DNA from: an uncultured delta proteobacterium
Lineage (GTDB): Bacteria; Myxococcota_A; Polyangia; Polyangiales; Polyangiaceae
DNA length: 64,000 bases
Reading direction: 5' to 3'
Assembly (NCBI GenBank): GCA_963696385.1
Contig: CAVOKF010000003.1
Span: 416,001 to 480,000 of the forward strand
Shown here: positions 11,655 through 22,656 of the stretch, piece after piece
Layout of the letters: the number at the start of each line of letters is the position of its first letter
Numbering within the stretch: the first letter of the stretch is position 1
Position numbers and translations under genes: made by a program
Notes under the pieces: generated by a model
Seen by the model: the letters and a program-made list of their open reading frames with translations, nothing else
The model's database searches: none
Told to the model about the DNA's origin: nothing

Positions 11655-12001
11655 GGTCCATTCCGCACGTCGTGCGCCAACACTACGTGCAGGCTTTTCC
11701 TGGATCGGCCACGAGCCAGCCGCAGGATGGGCTTTGCGGGTACGGGGCCGGCCCGGAAAGACAAGGCTCGTGGACGGTTTGGCTGCGCAGAAGCACGCCC
11801 GCAGATGGACCGGGGGGGCTTCCGAAGCGGACCCCTCGTTCACCAGCCGACTGACCCGAGCGGTCTGCGGATGTGCTCCAACCGCGTTCCTCGACCTTCT
11901 TTCGTTCACCCATGAAGTGTAGGGTGCAAAGATGAAACGTGATGGTTACATTGGGGACGCTGCTGGGGCGACAAGTCCGTGAATTTCACGGATGAGTCGC
12001 A

Positions 12002-12017
12002 CGGCATGCACGTTGCT
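12002..12017 (+). promoter_or_regulatory. Sigma54 (-24/-12) promoter
   Basis: CGGCATGCACGTTGCT has the exact GG-N10-GC spacing, ~70 nt upstream of the ATG at 12088 and downstream of a bEBP gene. Confidence 0.7.
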
Positions 12018-12087
12018 TACGGCCGTACCGGGCACGGAGCGGGTGCCAAACCGTGGACCCCCGGCTCCGCGCCGAAGAATCCGGAAA

Positions 12088-12501
12088 ATGGGTGACCTCT
12101 TGACTCGCCTGCTAGTCGTCGAAGACGATGCCCGTCATGCCCGCGTCGTAGCCATCGGCCTGCGCATCGAGGGGTTTGACGTGGAGGTGACGGCCAACGC
12201 CGACGCGGCCATGCGCCTTCTGTCGACGGAACATTTCGATGTGGCGGTCATCGACCTGATGCTTCCGGGCACCAACGGAATCCAATTGGCTCGGCTGGTC
12301 CGCGAGCTTCATCCGGTGACGCGCGTCGTGCTCACGAGCGCGTACCATCTGAGCGAAAGGCAGCTCATTCGCGCCGATTGCGGTGCGGTCGGGTTCGTGC
12401 CCAAGCCATTCGACCTGAGCGAGCTCGCGCGCTTCCTCAAGAGCAAGTTACCGAATGGGGATCCCGACCGCCCTTTCGCAGCGCCGGGCGCGGCAGCCTA
12501 A
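12088..12501 (+). CDS. Single-domain response regulator (CheY-like)
   Basis: LLVVEDD, IDLMLPGTNG, TSA, VPKPF. Confidence 0.9.
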   Translation: MGDLLTRLLVVEDDARHARVVAIGLRIEGFDVEVTANADAAMRLLSTEHFDVAVIDLMLPGTNGIQLARLVRELHPVTRVVLTSAYHLSERQLIRADCGAVGFVPKPFDLSELARFLKSKLPNGDPDRPFAAPGAAA

Positions 12502-12572
12502 CGTAGAGCTTCCCGCGCGACCGGTTCACTTGACGGGTCGCGCCCGTGGCGCCTTGCTAACGCGCGAACCCG

Positions 12573-13679
12573 ATGCGCGTCGACGCGTTCCAGTACGAAC
12601 TGCCGCTCGAGTTGATCGCGCAGCATCCTGCGGAGGATCGCGAGCAGGCGCGACTCATGTTCGTACCCCCTGGGGAGGCTCCGGAGCACCGTCTCATCGC
12701 CGATTGGCCGGATCTCGTTCCGCCGATGGCGCTCGTGGTCCTCAACGACACCCGCGTCATCCCCGCGCGCCTCATCGGACGGAAAAAAGACACCGGTGGC
12801 CGCGTCGAGATCTTGCTCGTGCGGTTCAGCGAGGAGCGCGAAATTCTGGTCGGGCCTGGCGAAGCTCGCGTCGCGAAAGTCTGGGAAGCGCGCGGAAAGG
12901 CCGCCAAGCCACTCAAGCCGGGCACCGACGTCGAAGTCTTGCGGCGCGACGATGCGGCGCGGCCGGCGCTCATCGCCCGATTGCTCAGACGGGCCGACGA
13001 CGGGTTGCTCGAGGTCGCCCTTTGGGCCCCCGATGGCGCACCCTTTGACGATGCGCTCCGCTGTTGCGGACGCGTGCCGCTGCCCCCTTACATTCGTAGA
13101 GCGGAAGGGCCGGACGACGGGAACCGGTATCAGACGGTCTACGCGCGCTGCGATGGTGCCGTCGCGGCGCCCACAGCCGGTCTTCACGTCACGAACGCTT
13201 CCCTGAAGCGGCTCGCCGCACGAGGCTGCGAGGTCGCATGCATCACTTTGCATGTCGGTCTGGGGACGTTTCAGCCGGTGCGGGTCGACGACCTCGACCA
13301 GCACCCGATGCACTCGGAACGGTACGTCGTGCCCCGGTCGACGGCGGAAGCCATCGCCCGAGCCCGGAGCCGCGGTGCTCCGGTCTTCGCCGTGGGCACG
13401 ACTACGGCTCGCGCACTCGAGAGCGCGGCGGATTGGAGTCGGCCAGGCGGAGTTCGCGCCGCGATCGACGAGACGCGCTTGCTCATCCAACCGGGCTACG
13501 CGTGGCAGGTCGTCGATGGCCTGCTCACCAACTTTCACCTGCCCCGTTCGACGCTGCTCGCCCTCGTCTGCGCGTTCGCCGGGACCGCTCCCGTGCTCGA
13601 CGCCTACCGTCTCGCCGTCCGTGAGCGCTACCGGTTCTTCTCGTACGGCGACGCGATGCTCCTACGGAGGAGCAGGTGA
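12573..13679 (+). CDS. queA: S-adenosylmethionine:tRNA ribosyltransferase-isomerase
   Basis: LPLELIAQHP, NDTRVIPAR, YQTVYA, AAPTAGLH, TNFHLPRSTL, FSYGDAM. Confidence 0.97.
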   Translation: MRVDAFQYELPLELIAQHPAEDREQARLMFVPPGEAPEHRLIADWPDLVPPMALVVLNDTRVIPARLIGRKKDTGGRVEILLVRFSEEREILVGPGEARVAKVWEARGKAAKPLKPGTDVEVLRRDDAARPALIARLLRRADDGLLEVALWAPDGAPFDDALRCCGRVPLPPYIRRAEGPDDGNRYQTVYARCDGAVAAPTAGLHVTNASLKRLAARGCEVACITLHVGLGTFQPVRVDDLDQHPMHSERYVVPRSTAEAIARARSRGAPVFAVGTTTARALESAADWSRPGGVRAAIDETRLLIQPGYAWQVVDGLLTNFHLPRSTLLALVCAFAGTAPVLDAYRLAVRERYRFFSYGDAMLLRRSR

Positions 13680-14839
13680 CTCCAACCACTGCGGGGTTCG
13701 GATTTCGGGTGCTCGCTGTCGACGGTCCGGCCCGACGCGCGGTGTTGCGAACCGCTCACGGGGTCGTCGACACGCCCGCCTTCATGCCGGTCGGTACCCA
13801 GGGAAGCGTCAAGACTCTGTCTCCCGACGAGGTCGCTTCAACCGGCGCGCGCATCGTGCTCGGCAACACTTACCACCTCATGCTCCGCCCCGGTGCCGAT
13901 ACGATTGCGACGCTCGGCGGACTTCACGCGTTCACTCGTTGGCCGCACACCATGCTGACCGATTCGGGGGGGTTTCAGGCGTACTCCCTCTCGACCTCGC
14001 CTCCGGGAGCCCGCGGGACGGCTCCGCTGGTCCGCGCCACCGAGGACGGGTTCGCCTTCAAGTCGCACATCGACGGTTCGGCTCACGCGCTCACCCCCGA
14101 GAGCGCGGTTGGCGTGCAAGCCCAGCTTGGCGCCGACATCCAGATGCCGCTCGATGTTTGCCCGCCGGGCGACGCATCCCGCGAGATCGTCGAGCAAGCG
14201 GTTGCCCGGACGACGCGTTGGGCCAAGCGGGCCCTTGCCGTCCCACGTCCACGTGGACAAGCGCTCTTCGGGATCGTCCAGGGCGGCTGCTTCGCGGACT
14301 TGCGCCGCGCGCACGCCGACGAGCTCGGGGCCTTGCCCTTCGACGGACTTGCGCTCGGCGGGTTCTCGGTCGGCGAATCGATCGACCAAATGCACGAGGC
14401 GGTCGGCGCCGTTGCATCCCGGCTCGACGCAGAGCGGCCCCGATATCTGATGGGGGTCGGCTCGCCTCGCGACCTCGTGCTGGCCATCGGCGCGGGCATC
14501 GACCTCTTCGACTGCGTCTTGCCGACGCGCAATGCGCGCAACGGCCAGGCGCTCACGCGCAACGGGCGGATCGTCGTGAAACAGGCGCGATGGCGGGACG
14601 ATCCGCGCCCAATTGACGAGCGCTGCGCTTGCGCCTGCTGCGCGGGAGGCTTTTCGCGCGGCTACCTCCGGCATCTGTACCTCGCACGCGAGATTCTCGT
14701 TTTGCGGCTTCTGTCGCTCCACAACCTTCATTGGTACGGCGAGCTCACGCGCGATGCGCGATCGGCCATCGAGAGCGGGCGGTATGTCGCGTGGTCCCAT
14801 AGGGTTCTGGCCGACCTGGCGGGCGACGGATCCGGGTGA
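13676..14839 (+). CDS. tgt: tRNA-guanine transglycosylase
   Basis: TPAFMPVGT, NTYHL, TDSGGFQ, GIVQGG, YLMGVG, DCVLPTR, CxCxxC...H zinc site. Confidence 0.97.
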   Translation: MTPTTAGFGFRVLAVDGPARRAVLRTAHGVVDTPAFMPVGTQGSVKTLSPDEVASTGARIVLGNTYHLMLRPGADTIATLGGLHAFTRWPHTMLTDSGGFQAYSLSTSPPGARGTAPLVRATEDGFAFKSHIDGSAHALTPESAVGVQAQLGADIQMPLDVCPPGDASREIVEQAVARTTRWAKRALAVPRPRGQALFGIVQGGCFADLRRAHADELGALPFDGLALGGFSVGESIDQMHEAVGAVASRLDAERPRYLMGVGSPRDLVLAIGAGIDLFDCVLPTRNARNGQALTRNGRIVVKQARWRDDPRPIDERCACACCAGGFSRGYLRHLYLAREILVLRLLSLHNLHWYGELTRDARSAIESGRYVAWSHRVLADLAGDGSG

Positions 14840-14884
14840 CGGCAAACGTCGGCCCGCGTACCCTGGCTGAAGAGCTCGGGATTC

Positions 14885-16531
14885 ATGTCCAGCGACGAGA
14901 AGCGGCCGATCGGAAAGATACTTCTGCAGCGCAAACTCGTTTCGCAGAGTGAGCTCGACGCGTCTTTGCGAACCCAACGCACGTCGGACAAGCCTGCGCC
15001 CCTGGCCTCGCAGCTGGTCGAAGAAGGCAAGATCGACGAGGTCGAGGCACTCCGCGCGCTGTCGGAGCAACATGGCGTGCCCGGCATCGATCTCTCGCAG
15101 GTCGCCATCGTGCTCGATCAGTTGCACGTCGTGCCACGAGAGCTCGCCGAGACGCACCGCATTTTGCCGGTACTCGTCCGAGGTGACCGAATCTTTCTGG
15201 CGATGGGGGACCCTCACGGCAAGCGTGTCATCGATGAGCTCGAGTTCGTGACCGGCAAGAAGGTCTACGCCTACATCGCCATGCACACTACGCTGATGAA
15301 GACCATCGGCCTGGCTTACGATGCCAAGGAACGTGGGGAGCGTCACTACCTCGGGCCGCGCGTTCCGGACGAGACCCTCCGGCAGCTGGGGCTCGTTGCC
15401 GCGAGCCCGCAACGGGATCCGCCGGCCATGCCGCCGCCGCTGCCGAGCCCCGGTACCGCCGCCGGCAAACCCGCCGCGCCGCCCCGGCCCGGCGCGCCCG
15501 CGCCTGCGCCTGCGCCTTTAGCCAAGCCAGCGAAGCCTCCTCCGCTTCGTCCACCGCCTCCGTTGCCCGCGGCGTTGGCGGAACCGCCCAAGCCCCCCTT
15601 GGTCGTCGACGAGGCGGTCGCATCCGCTGCGGAAAGGTCCGAGCTGTCGACGGCGGAATTCGGCATCGTCGACGGCGAAGTTTCGAGCGTAAGCAATCTG
15701 CCCGAGGACATGCGGGCGGGCTCATCGCGAGCCGCTACGGCGACGGCGTTGGGATCGGGAGCGGGCAAGCTCATTCTCGTGGTCGACGACGAAGAGGAGA
15801 TTCGAAAGCTTCTCAAACGACTGCTCACCCAAAAAGGGCACCGCGTCATCGAGGCCGATCGAGGGTTGCTCGCGCTGCGACTCGTCAAGGATCACGTGCC
15901 GGACCTCATCCTGCTCGACGCGATGCTGCCGGAGCTGCACGGCTTCGACATCGCCCGACGCATCAAGGGAAGCGCCAAGTACGGCAGCATCCCGATCATC
16001 ATGATGAGCGCCGTGTACAGAGGCTGGCGCATCGCAGAAGACTTGAAGCAAAACTACGGAATCGAAGAATATCTGGAAAAGCCGTTTCGCATTTCGGACG
16101 TGCTCGAGATGGTTCAACGCTTGCTCACGCGCGTGCAAGGCGCCGCGGACGGGCGGGACCCGGAGTACCTCTCGGCTGAGGCGGAAAAGGCGCTGCGCGA
16201 CGGAGTGGCCGCGTACCAGGTCGGTCAGATCGACCAGGCCATCGAACATCTGAAGCATGGAGTGTCCATTGATCCGCTCGCCTACCGGCTCCGCTTTCAT
16301 TTGGCCCTTCTCTACGGAAAGAAGGGCCAGGTGTACGAGGGGATTCAGGAACTCGAACGCGCCGTGGATCTCAATCCACGGCATTTCGCGGCACTGAAGA
16401 ACCTTGCCGTCCTGTACGAGAAGGCGGGATTCAAGAACAAGGCCGTGGAAATGTGGGAGCGGTGCGTAGCGGCAGCTCCCGATGAGGGCACGCGAAAATC
16501 CATCCGCGAGCGCTTGCACCAGCTGATCTGA
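14885..16531 (+). CDS. Response regulator with N-terminal MshEN/T2SSE_N domain, Pro-rich linker, REC and C-terminal TPRs
   Basis: IGKILLQRKLVSQSELDASL; ILVVDDE...LLDAMLP...KPF; TPR-like C-terminus. Confidence 0.8.
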   Translation: MSSDEKRPIGKILLQRKLVSQSELDASLRTQRTSDKPAPLASQLVEEGKIDEVEALRALSEQHGVPGIDLSQVAIVLDQLHVVPRELAETHRILPVLVRGDRIFLAMGDPHGKRVIDELEFVTGKKVYAYIAMHTTLMKTIGLAYDAKERGERHYLGPRVPDETLRQLGLVAASPQRDPPAMPPPLPSPGTAAGKPAAPPRPGAPAPAPAPLAKPAKPPPLRPPPPLPAALAEPPKPPLVVDEAVASAAERSELSTAEFGIVDGEVSSVSNLPEDMRAGSSRAATATALGSGAGKLILVVDDEEEIRKLLKRLLTQKGHRVIEADRGLLALRLVKDHVPDLILLDAMLPELHGFDIARRIKGSAKYGSIPIIMMSAVYRGWRIAEDLKQNYGIEEYLEKPFRISDVLEMVQRLLTRVQGAADGRDPEYLSAEAEKALRDGVAAYQVGQIDQAIEHLKHGVSIDPLAYRLRFHLALLYGKKGQVYEGIQELERAVDLNPRHFAALKNLAVLYEKAGFKNKAVEMWERCVAAAPDEGTRKSIRERLHQLI

Positions 16532-16587
16532 GCACTCGCGAATGCCACCCGTTCCCTGCTAACGTAGTGCGGTCGAGGACCGTCGGC

Positions 16588-18165
16588 GTGAAGTTCCTCT
16601 GCGATCAATGCAAGGCCAAGTACCAAATCGCCGACGAGAAGGTCGTCGGCAAGACGGTACGAATGAAGTGCCGCAAGTGTGGCCACCTGATCGAGGTGCG
16701 TGCCGCCGTCACTGAGTCCAGCGTCGCGAGTGTTCCTCCGGCTGGCCCGCCGTCGGCCAGTGGACGGCCTGCGTCGAGGCCGCCGAAGCCGGCCCCCCCT
16801 CGATCCACGTCGCTGACGGCAAGTTTCACTTCGGCACGGTCTGCCGCGCCGAAGCCTGACCGTCTTCCGGGCGCACTGGCGGGGGCCTTCAAGACGACGG
16901 TGCAGCGCGAGGAAGAGGTGTCGGCACCGTTCGACATGTCGGAGGTCTCGCCGAACGACGACTGGTACGTCGCCGTCAACGGCGTCCCCGTAGGACCCGT
17001 CCGCGTTGGCGAGATCCGTCGCAAGGCATCGCTGGGCGCCGTGAACGAGGACTCACTCGTCTGGCAGGAAGGATTGGACGAGTGGCGGCCCCTCCGTTCG
17101 TTTCCGGAGCTTGCTGCCATCGTTCGGCAGGCCGTGTTGGGAGCGCGCCCCTCGCTGCCGCCTCCACCGCCCGAGACACGCGGCAGTCATCCGCCTCCCG
17201 GGCGTCCTCTCTCTACGCGGCCGCCGGCACCGAGCGCCACGGCAAGGGCGGCCATGCTGCCGCGTGCCGCGCCGATCGGAGCTCCGCCTCGAAGCAACGT
17301 GGTTCCGATTACGTCGCGGTTGGCGACGGCCGAAAGGCTCGCCACGCCACTCCCGGGCCCCGCCAGCCCTGGACCGGGTGCCGCGTCCCCTCTCGCCGCC
17401 GAAAGGCACGCGGTCGCCGCGATCGCCCCCGATCCTTTCTCCTTTCCGGCCGCTCCGCCGAACGCACCGCTAGCCGTCTCGGGCGATAGCGCGGCATCGG
17501 TTCCTTCCTCCGCGGAGCGCAGCCGACGGGCCGTACCGTGGATGCCCATCGCGATGGTCGCCGCCGCGGGGGCCTTCGGTATCACGGCAGCCATCTCGAT
17601 TTTCCTGCGGCCTGCAACGCCCTCCCCGCAGCCGATGGCCGCCGCTCAGGCCCCCATCGCGACGGCCGCACCACCGACTGCACCCATCGCCCCGGCGGAA
17701 TCATCCGATCCGCCGACCATCGCTGCGCCTCCGACCAAAGCGCAAGTTGCGTGGACCGGCGCGCACGCCTCATCGAGCTCCAGCGCATCCAACGGGCGCT
17801 CTCTCGATCTGCACGGGCTGACGCAGAGCGCGCCCGTGGCACTCGGCGACGATCCGGGCATCGGCGCCGGAGCGGCCGCGGCGGGCCAGTGCCTCTCCCA
17901 AGGTCAAATTCTCCAGGTCATCGGTCAGCATCAGGTGGCCGTCCGCCGGCTGTGTTGGGACCGCAATCCGACCGCCAGACCCTCGGTCGGTATCGCCGTT
18001 TCGATGACGGTCGCGCCGGACGGCACGACGCAAAGCGTGTCCGCGTCCGGCGATGACACAGCGGTGGCCAAGTGCATCGAGAACGACATCCGAAGCAACT
18101 GGCGCTTCGGGAGCGTCGGCTGCTCGCAGCGGATCAGCATCCCGTTCAAGTTCGTCCGACAGTGA
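16588..18165 (+). CDS. Zinc-ribbon + GYF_2 membrane protein (AgmX/GltJ-like)
   Basis: MKFLCDQCKAKYQI...CRKCGH; WYVAVNGVPVGP...LVWQEGLDEW; TM segment; Cys-containing TonB-C-like terminus. Confidence 0.75.
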   Translation: MKFLCDQCKAKYQIADEKVVGKTVRMKCRKCGHLIEVRAAVTESSVASVPPAGPPSASGRPASRPPKPAPPRSTSLTASFTSARSAAPKPDRLPGALAGAFKTTVQREEEVSAPFDMSEVSPNDDWYVAVNGVPVGPVRVGEIRRKASLGAVNEDSLVWQEGLDEWRPLRSFPELAAIVRQAVLGARPSLPPPPPETRGSHPPPGRPLSTRPPAPSATARAAMLPRAAPIGAPPRSNVVPITSRLATAERLATPLPGPASPGPGAASPLAAERHAVAAIAPDPFSFPAAPPNAPLAVSGDSAASVPSSAERSRRAVPWMPIAMVAAAGAFGITAAISIFLRPATPSPQPMAAAQAPIATAAPPTAPIAPAESSDPPTIAAPPTKAQVAWTGAHASSSSSASNGRSLDLHGLTQSAPVALGDDPGIGAGAAAAGQCLSQGQILQVIGQHQVAVRRLCWDRNPTARPSVGIAVSMTVAPDGTTQSVSASGDDTAVAKCIENDIRSNWRFGSVGCSQRISIPFKFVRQ

Positions 18166-18261
18166 TCTCCGGGCCAGTCAGCGGACGCCATCCACCAAGA
18201 CGACGGGCTAAAGGGATTCGGGTTCCTCGCGAACGTGTTCCTCGCTACAAGGAGACCCGAG

Positions 18262-19080
18262 ATGGACAAGACTCGTGTTCGGGTGTTCATGAGTCTCTGC
18301 ATGCCTGCGCTCGTCGCTTTCGCAGGGGCATGTCGATCGAGCACCACCGTTCCGGCCAACGCCCCGGCGACCACGGCGGCGGGAGCCGCCGCGGCTTACC
18401 CGGCGCCGCCGCCCGGCTACCCGGGGGCTTACCCCACGACGTCCTCGATCGGGGCTCCCGCATCCGTCGCATCGGGGTACGCACCTCAGCCTGGTTTGGC
18501 CCCGCTGCCGCCAACCGCCCCGCTACCGGGCTACCCTACCGCACAGCCCCCGCCAACGGCGACGGCCGCATCGAGTGCGTCTCCAGTCGCCTCTTCGGGG
18601 CCTCTCGCCCCGGCGGACCCGAACACGTTGCAGGCGATCTTGGCCGGAATCCAAGGCGCGCTGCAGGGAACGCTCGTACTGCCGGGATCGCTGCCGGCCG
18701 ACGGTACCGAGGCGGGGCTAAAGGCGCGGGCGCTTCGCTTGGCGCCGGGTATGCAGCCGGAAGGCGAGCAGCTCAAACAGAACCTGACCGAAGGCCAGCA
18801 CGCGGTGATGATCGTCACGCTGCAGGCGGGCAAGTGCTACTCCATTCTTGGATACTCGCCGCCGGGCGGGGTGAAGGACCTGGACCTCAACCTGCTCGCG
18901 CCGCCGTTTTTCTTGACCCTCGCCGGGCAGGACCTGACGCACAACAGCGCGCCATCGATCGGCGCCGCGCCGAACCCGATGTGCCCGGTCATCGCGTTCC
19001 CGTTGCAGTATAAGCTCGATGTCTTTGCCCGACTCGGATCCGGCCAAGTTGCCGTCCAGCTCTATTCCAAGGCGAAGTAA
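18262..19080 (+). CDS. Putative lipoprotein (Pro-rich N-terminus, beta-sandwich C-terminus)
   Basis: Lipobox AGAC; GKCYSI...DLDL motif common in myxobacterial lipoproteins. Confidence 0.6.
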   Translation: MDKTRVRVFMSLCMPALVAFAGACRSSTTVPANAPATTAAGAAAAYPAPPPGYPGAYPTTSSIGAPASVASGYAPQPGLAPLPPTAPLPGYPTAQPPPTATAASSASPVASSGPLAPADPNTLQAILAGIQGALQGTLVLPGSLPADGTEAGLKARALRLAPGMQPEGEQLKQNLTEGQHAVMIVTLQAGKCYSILGYSPPGGVKDLDLNLLAPPFFLTLAGQDLTHNSAPSIGAAPNPMCPVIAFPLQYKLDVFARLGSGQVAVQLYSKAK

Positions 19081-19209
19081 AGTCGCCGACGGCAGGCGGC
19101 CGCTTTAGCGGCAATGCGACTCACGCGGGCCGAAACACCCGCGAGGGCCTCGGGGGGGCACGCCTCGCGCTATCGGCAACGTTGCGGGCACGGAGGCCGA
19201 CAGGGCGGA

Positions 19210-20257
19210 GTGACGGCTCTGCACGAAATCACGCGGCTCGAATCCAGCCTATCCCTCTCGCTTGCGCCGGGATTCCCGAGCGCCACCGTGCATTTTTTTT
19301 CGGGGCGGACGCCTGGAGGCCGAGCACGCGGTCGCCGTGGTGGGCGCCCGTAACGCGACCCGCGACGCAATTCGCTTCGCCGAAAGGCTTTGCGCTGGCC
19401 TGGTTCGGGCCGGCGCAGTCGTCGTGTCCGGGGGGGCGCTGGGCATCGACGCCGCCGCGCATCGAGCTGCGATCCATGCCGGTGGCCGGACATGGGTCAT
19501 CGCGGGGACGGGACCGGATAGGTGCTATCCATCGGATCACGCTGAACTTTTCGATACAATCGGCGCGGGCCCCGGCGCGATGGTCTGGCTGTTCGGGCCC
19601 GGTCCTCTTCCGCGCAGCTCATTTCTCACCCGAAATCGCGTCCTCGTCGCCCTCGCCGACGCGGTGGTCGTCGTTCAGGCAGGCCTTCCGTCCGGAGCGC
19701 TTCATGCGGCATCGTGGGCCCGACGGTTGCAGAAGCCGTTGTGGGTCGTCCCGGCCGCGCCCTGGTCGAAGGGGTTCGAGGGATCGATGCGCCTGCTCGG
19801 CGAGGGGGCAAAGCCCCTCACTTGGCCGGCCGAACTGCTCGCGTCGTTGAATCTGCAAGCCGTTGACGGGCTCGTGCATCCGGCCGAGGAAACGGGAAAC
19901 AATCGCGATCATCCCCGACACAAGCAAGCATTTTCATCCAATGAGATCCATATATTAGACGTCCTGTCGAATGTTTCACTTCACATCGACGCCATCGCGG
20001 CTCGGAGTGGCGAGTCGGCCTCAGCGGTCGCGGCGGCGCTCTTGACGCTGGTCTTGGAGAACGTAGTAGTAGAGTCCCCGCCCGGCTTCTTCCGCCGACG
20101 AGATTCCCGGGAACGGGTCCGGTTCGGCGGCCTAAGTGAAGGAAAAGCTCCTGATGGCAAAGACACTCGTGGTCGTGGAGTCGCCCGCGAAGGCCAAGAC
20201 CATCAAGAAATATCTGGGGGCCAACTTCGAGGTCGTCGCCTCCAAGGGTCACGTTAA
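19210..20257 (+). CDS. dprA: DNA-processing protein DprA (apparent frameshift ~19248; true stop probably near 20135)
   Basis: YPSRL..., [34 protein letters not shown]-terminal wHTH; adjacent to topA. Confidence 0.9.
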
Positions 20258-22602
20258 GGATCTTCCCGAAAAAGCTGGGCGTCGACATCGAAAAGGGCTT
20301 CCAGGAGACCTACGAAGTCGTCCCCGGCAAGGAGAAGGTCCTCCAGGAGCTCAAAGTAGCCGCCCGGGGCGTGGACGAAGTCTTGCTTGCGACCGACCCC
20401 GACCGCGAGGGCGAGGCGATTGCCTGGCACATTGCAGAGGAGCTCAAGTCGAGCAAGAGATTGACCAAACGTGTCGAATTCCACGAAATCACGAAAAAGG
20501 GCGTCGAATACGGCGTCGCTCATCCGAGAGAGCTCGACAAGAACCTGTACGATGCCCAGCGCGCGCGTCGCGTCCTCGACCGAATCGTGGGCTACGACGT
20601 GTCCGCACTCGTGTGGAGCAAGCTCGCCTTCGGGCTGAGCGCGGGGCGTGTCCAAAGCGTTGCTTTGCGGCTCATCGTCGACCGAGAACGCGAAATCGAG
20701 GGATTCGTACCGGTCGAGTACTGGAACTGCGGCGCGGCGCTGGCGGCCGTCAACGGCGGCTCGAACGGGCACACGTTCGTCGCGCGACTCGCATCCCGTG
20801 GCGGGGACAAGATCGCCGTCAGCAACAGCGATGAAGCCGCCCGGGTACGAGCCGCTCTCGAGGTCGCGACCTACACCGTCTCGAAGGTGACGCGGAGCGA
20901 ACGCAAGCGCCACCCGCCCGCGCCGTACACCACGAGCAAGCTGCAGCAGGATGCAGTCAATCGGCTCGGTTTCGGGGCGAAGCGAACGATGCAAGTCGCG
21001 CAAGGGCTTTACGAGGGCGTCGACCTCGGCAAGGACGGCGGTCCCGTCGGCCTCATCACGTACATGCGCACCGACTCGACGCGGCTCTCGCCGGACGCGG
21101 TCAACGACGCCCGAGGCTTCGTCGCGGCGCGATACGGCGCAGCATGGGTTCCGGCGCAGCCGAACGTGTTCAAGTCCAAGAAGAACGCCCAGGACGCGCA
21201 CGAGGCCATCCGTCCGACGTCGCTCGAACTGCCGCCCGACGCGGTCCGTCGGCACCTCAAAGACGAGCAGTTCAAGTTGTACAAGCTCATCTGGGACCGC
21301 TTCGTGGCATCTCAAATGACACCGGCGGTCTACGACCAAACGAGCGCCGAAATCGACGCCGCGGCCCCCGAAGGCATTTCGGGAGGCGTCACCTACGGTC
21401 TGAGGGCGAGCGGCCGGGTGCTCAAGTTCAGCGGTTGGCTCGAAGCGTACGGCAAAGGCGAATCGACCACCAAGGCGGGATCGCTCGCCGGTGAAGGTGA
21501 GGGCGACGACGAAAGGGCGCAACGCACCAACGGCGAGGCCCGTGACGCAAAGGATCTTCTGACCGACGATGCCGAGGCGACCTTGCCCGAGTTGGCGGAA
21601 GGTCAAGTGCTTCGCTTGGTCACTCCGCCGGGGGTGATCGCGGAGCAGAAGTTCACGCAACCCCCGCCGCGATACTCCGAGGCGTCGCTCGTCCGTGAAC
21701 TCGAGGAGCGCGGTATCGGTCGACCGAGCACGTACGCCGAGATCATCAGCAAGGTGCAGGCGCGCGACTACGTGGAAAAAATCGACGGTGGGCGGTTTCA
21801 ACCAACGACGCTCGGGAAGTTCGTCGTCGACGGCCTCGTGAAAAGCGAGCTCGATTTCATGGACCCGGCGTTCACGTCGAACATGGAAGAAGAGCTCGAC
21901 GAAGTCGCTGCGGGTCACGAAGAGCGAGTCGACTTGTTGAAACGCTTCTACAAGCGCTTTCGCACCCAGCTCGATCTGAGCAAAAAAGGCAAGCGCTGGA
22001 ACCCGGAACCGGAGCCCACCGATCAGCGGTGCGACCTGGATGGCGGGGTCATGTTGAAGCGCTGGTCGCGCAACGGTTGGTTTCTGGGGTGCGAGAATTA
22101 TCCCGTGTGCAAAAGCACCCGCGATCTCGGCGCCGACGGGCTGCCCGCACAACCCCGCGCGACCGGCATCGACTGCGACAAATGCGGCAAACCGATGGTC
22201 ATCAAGAGCGGCCGTTTCGGCGAGTTCTTGTCGTGCACCGGCTACCCGGAATGCAAGAACGCGAAGCCTGTTCCCCTCGGAATCAAGTGCCCCAAATGTG
22301 GCGGCGACCTCATCGAGATTCGCCCCAAGAAGCGCGGGGGAAAGACCTTTTACGGCTGCTCGAACTACAGCGACGAATCCATCAAGTGCGACTTCAAGCT
22401 CTGGCAAAAGCCCCTCACCGAGCCGTGCCCGGACTGCGGAGCAACGTTTCTCCTGCTGGGCGGCACGCGGGCACGGCCCGCCATCGTGTGCGCGAACAAG
22501 GAGTGCGGATACAAGCGCCCGGTCGGCGAGCCCCCACCCAATGCATCGGCACCGATTGGCGGCATCCCGGACCACGAGCAGACGCCGAGTGCGACGGCCT
22601 GA
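20154..22602 (+). CDS. topA: DNA topoisomerase I (apparent +1 frameshift ~20266)
   Basis: [48 protein letters not shown]-terminal Zn ribbons. Confidence 0.97.
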
Positions 22603-22656
22603 AGGGGCCGACCGCGCAAGGTGCTCTTTCTCGAATGACGCCGAATCGTTGAGCGC

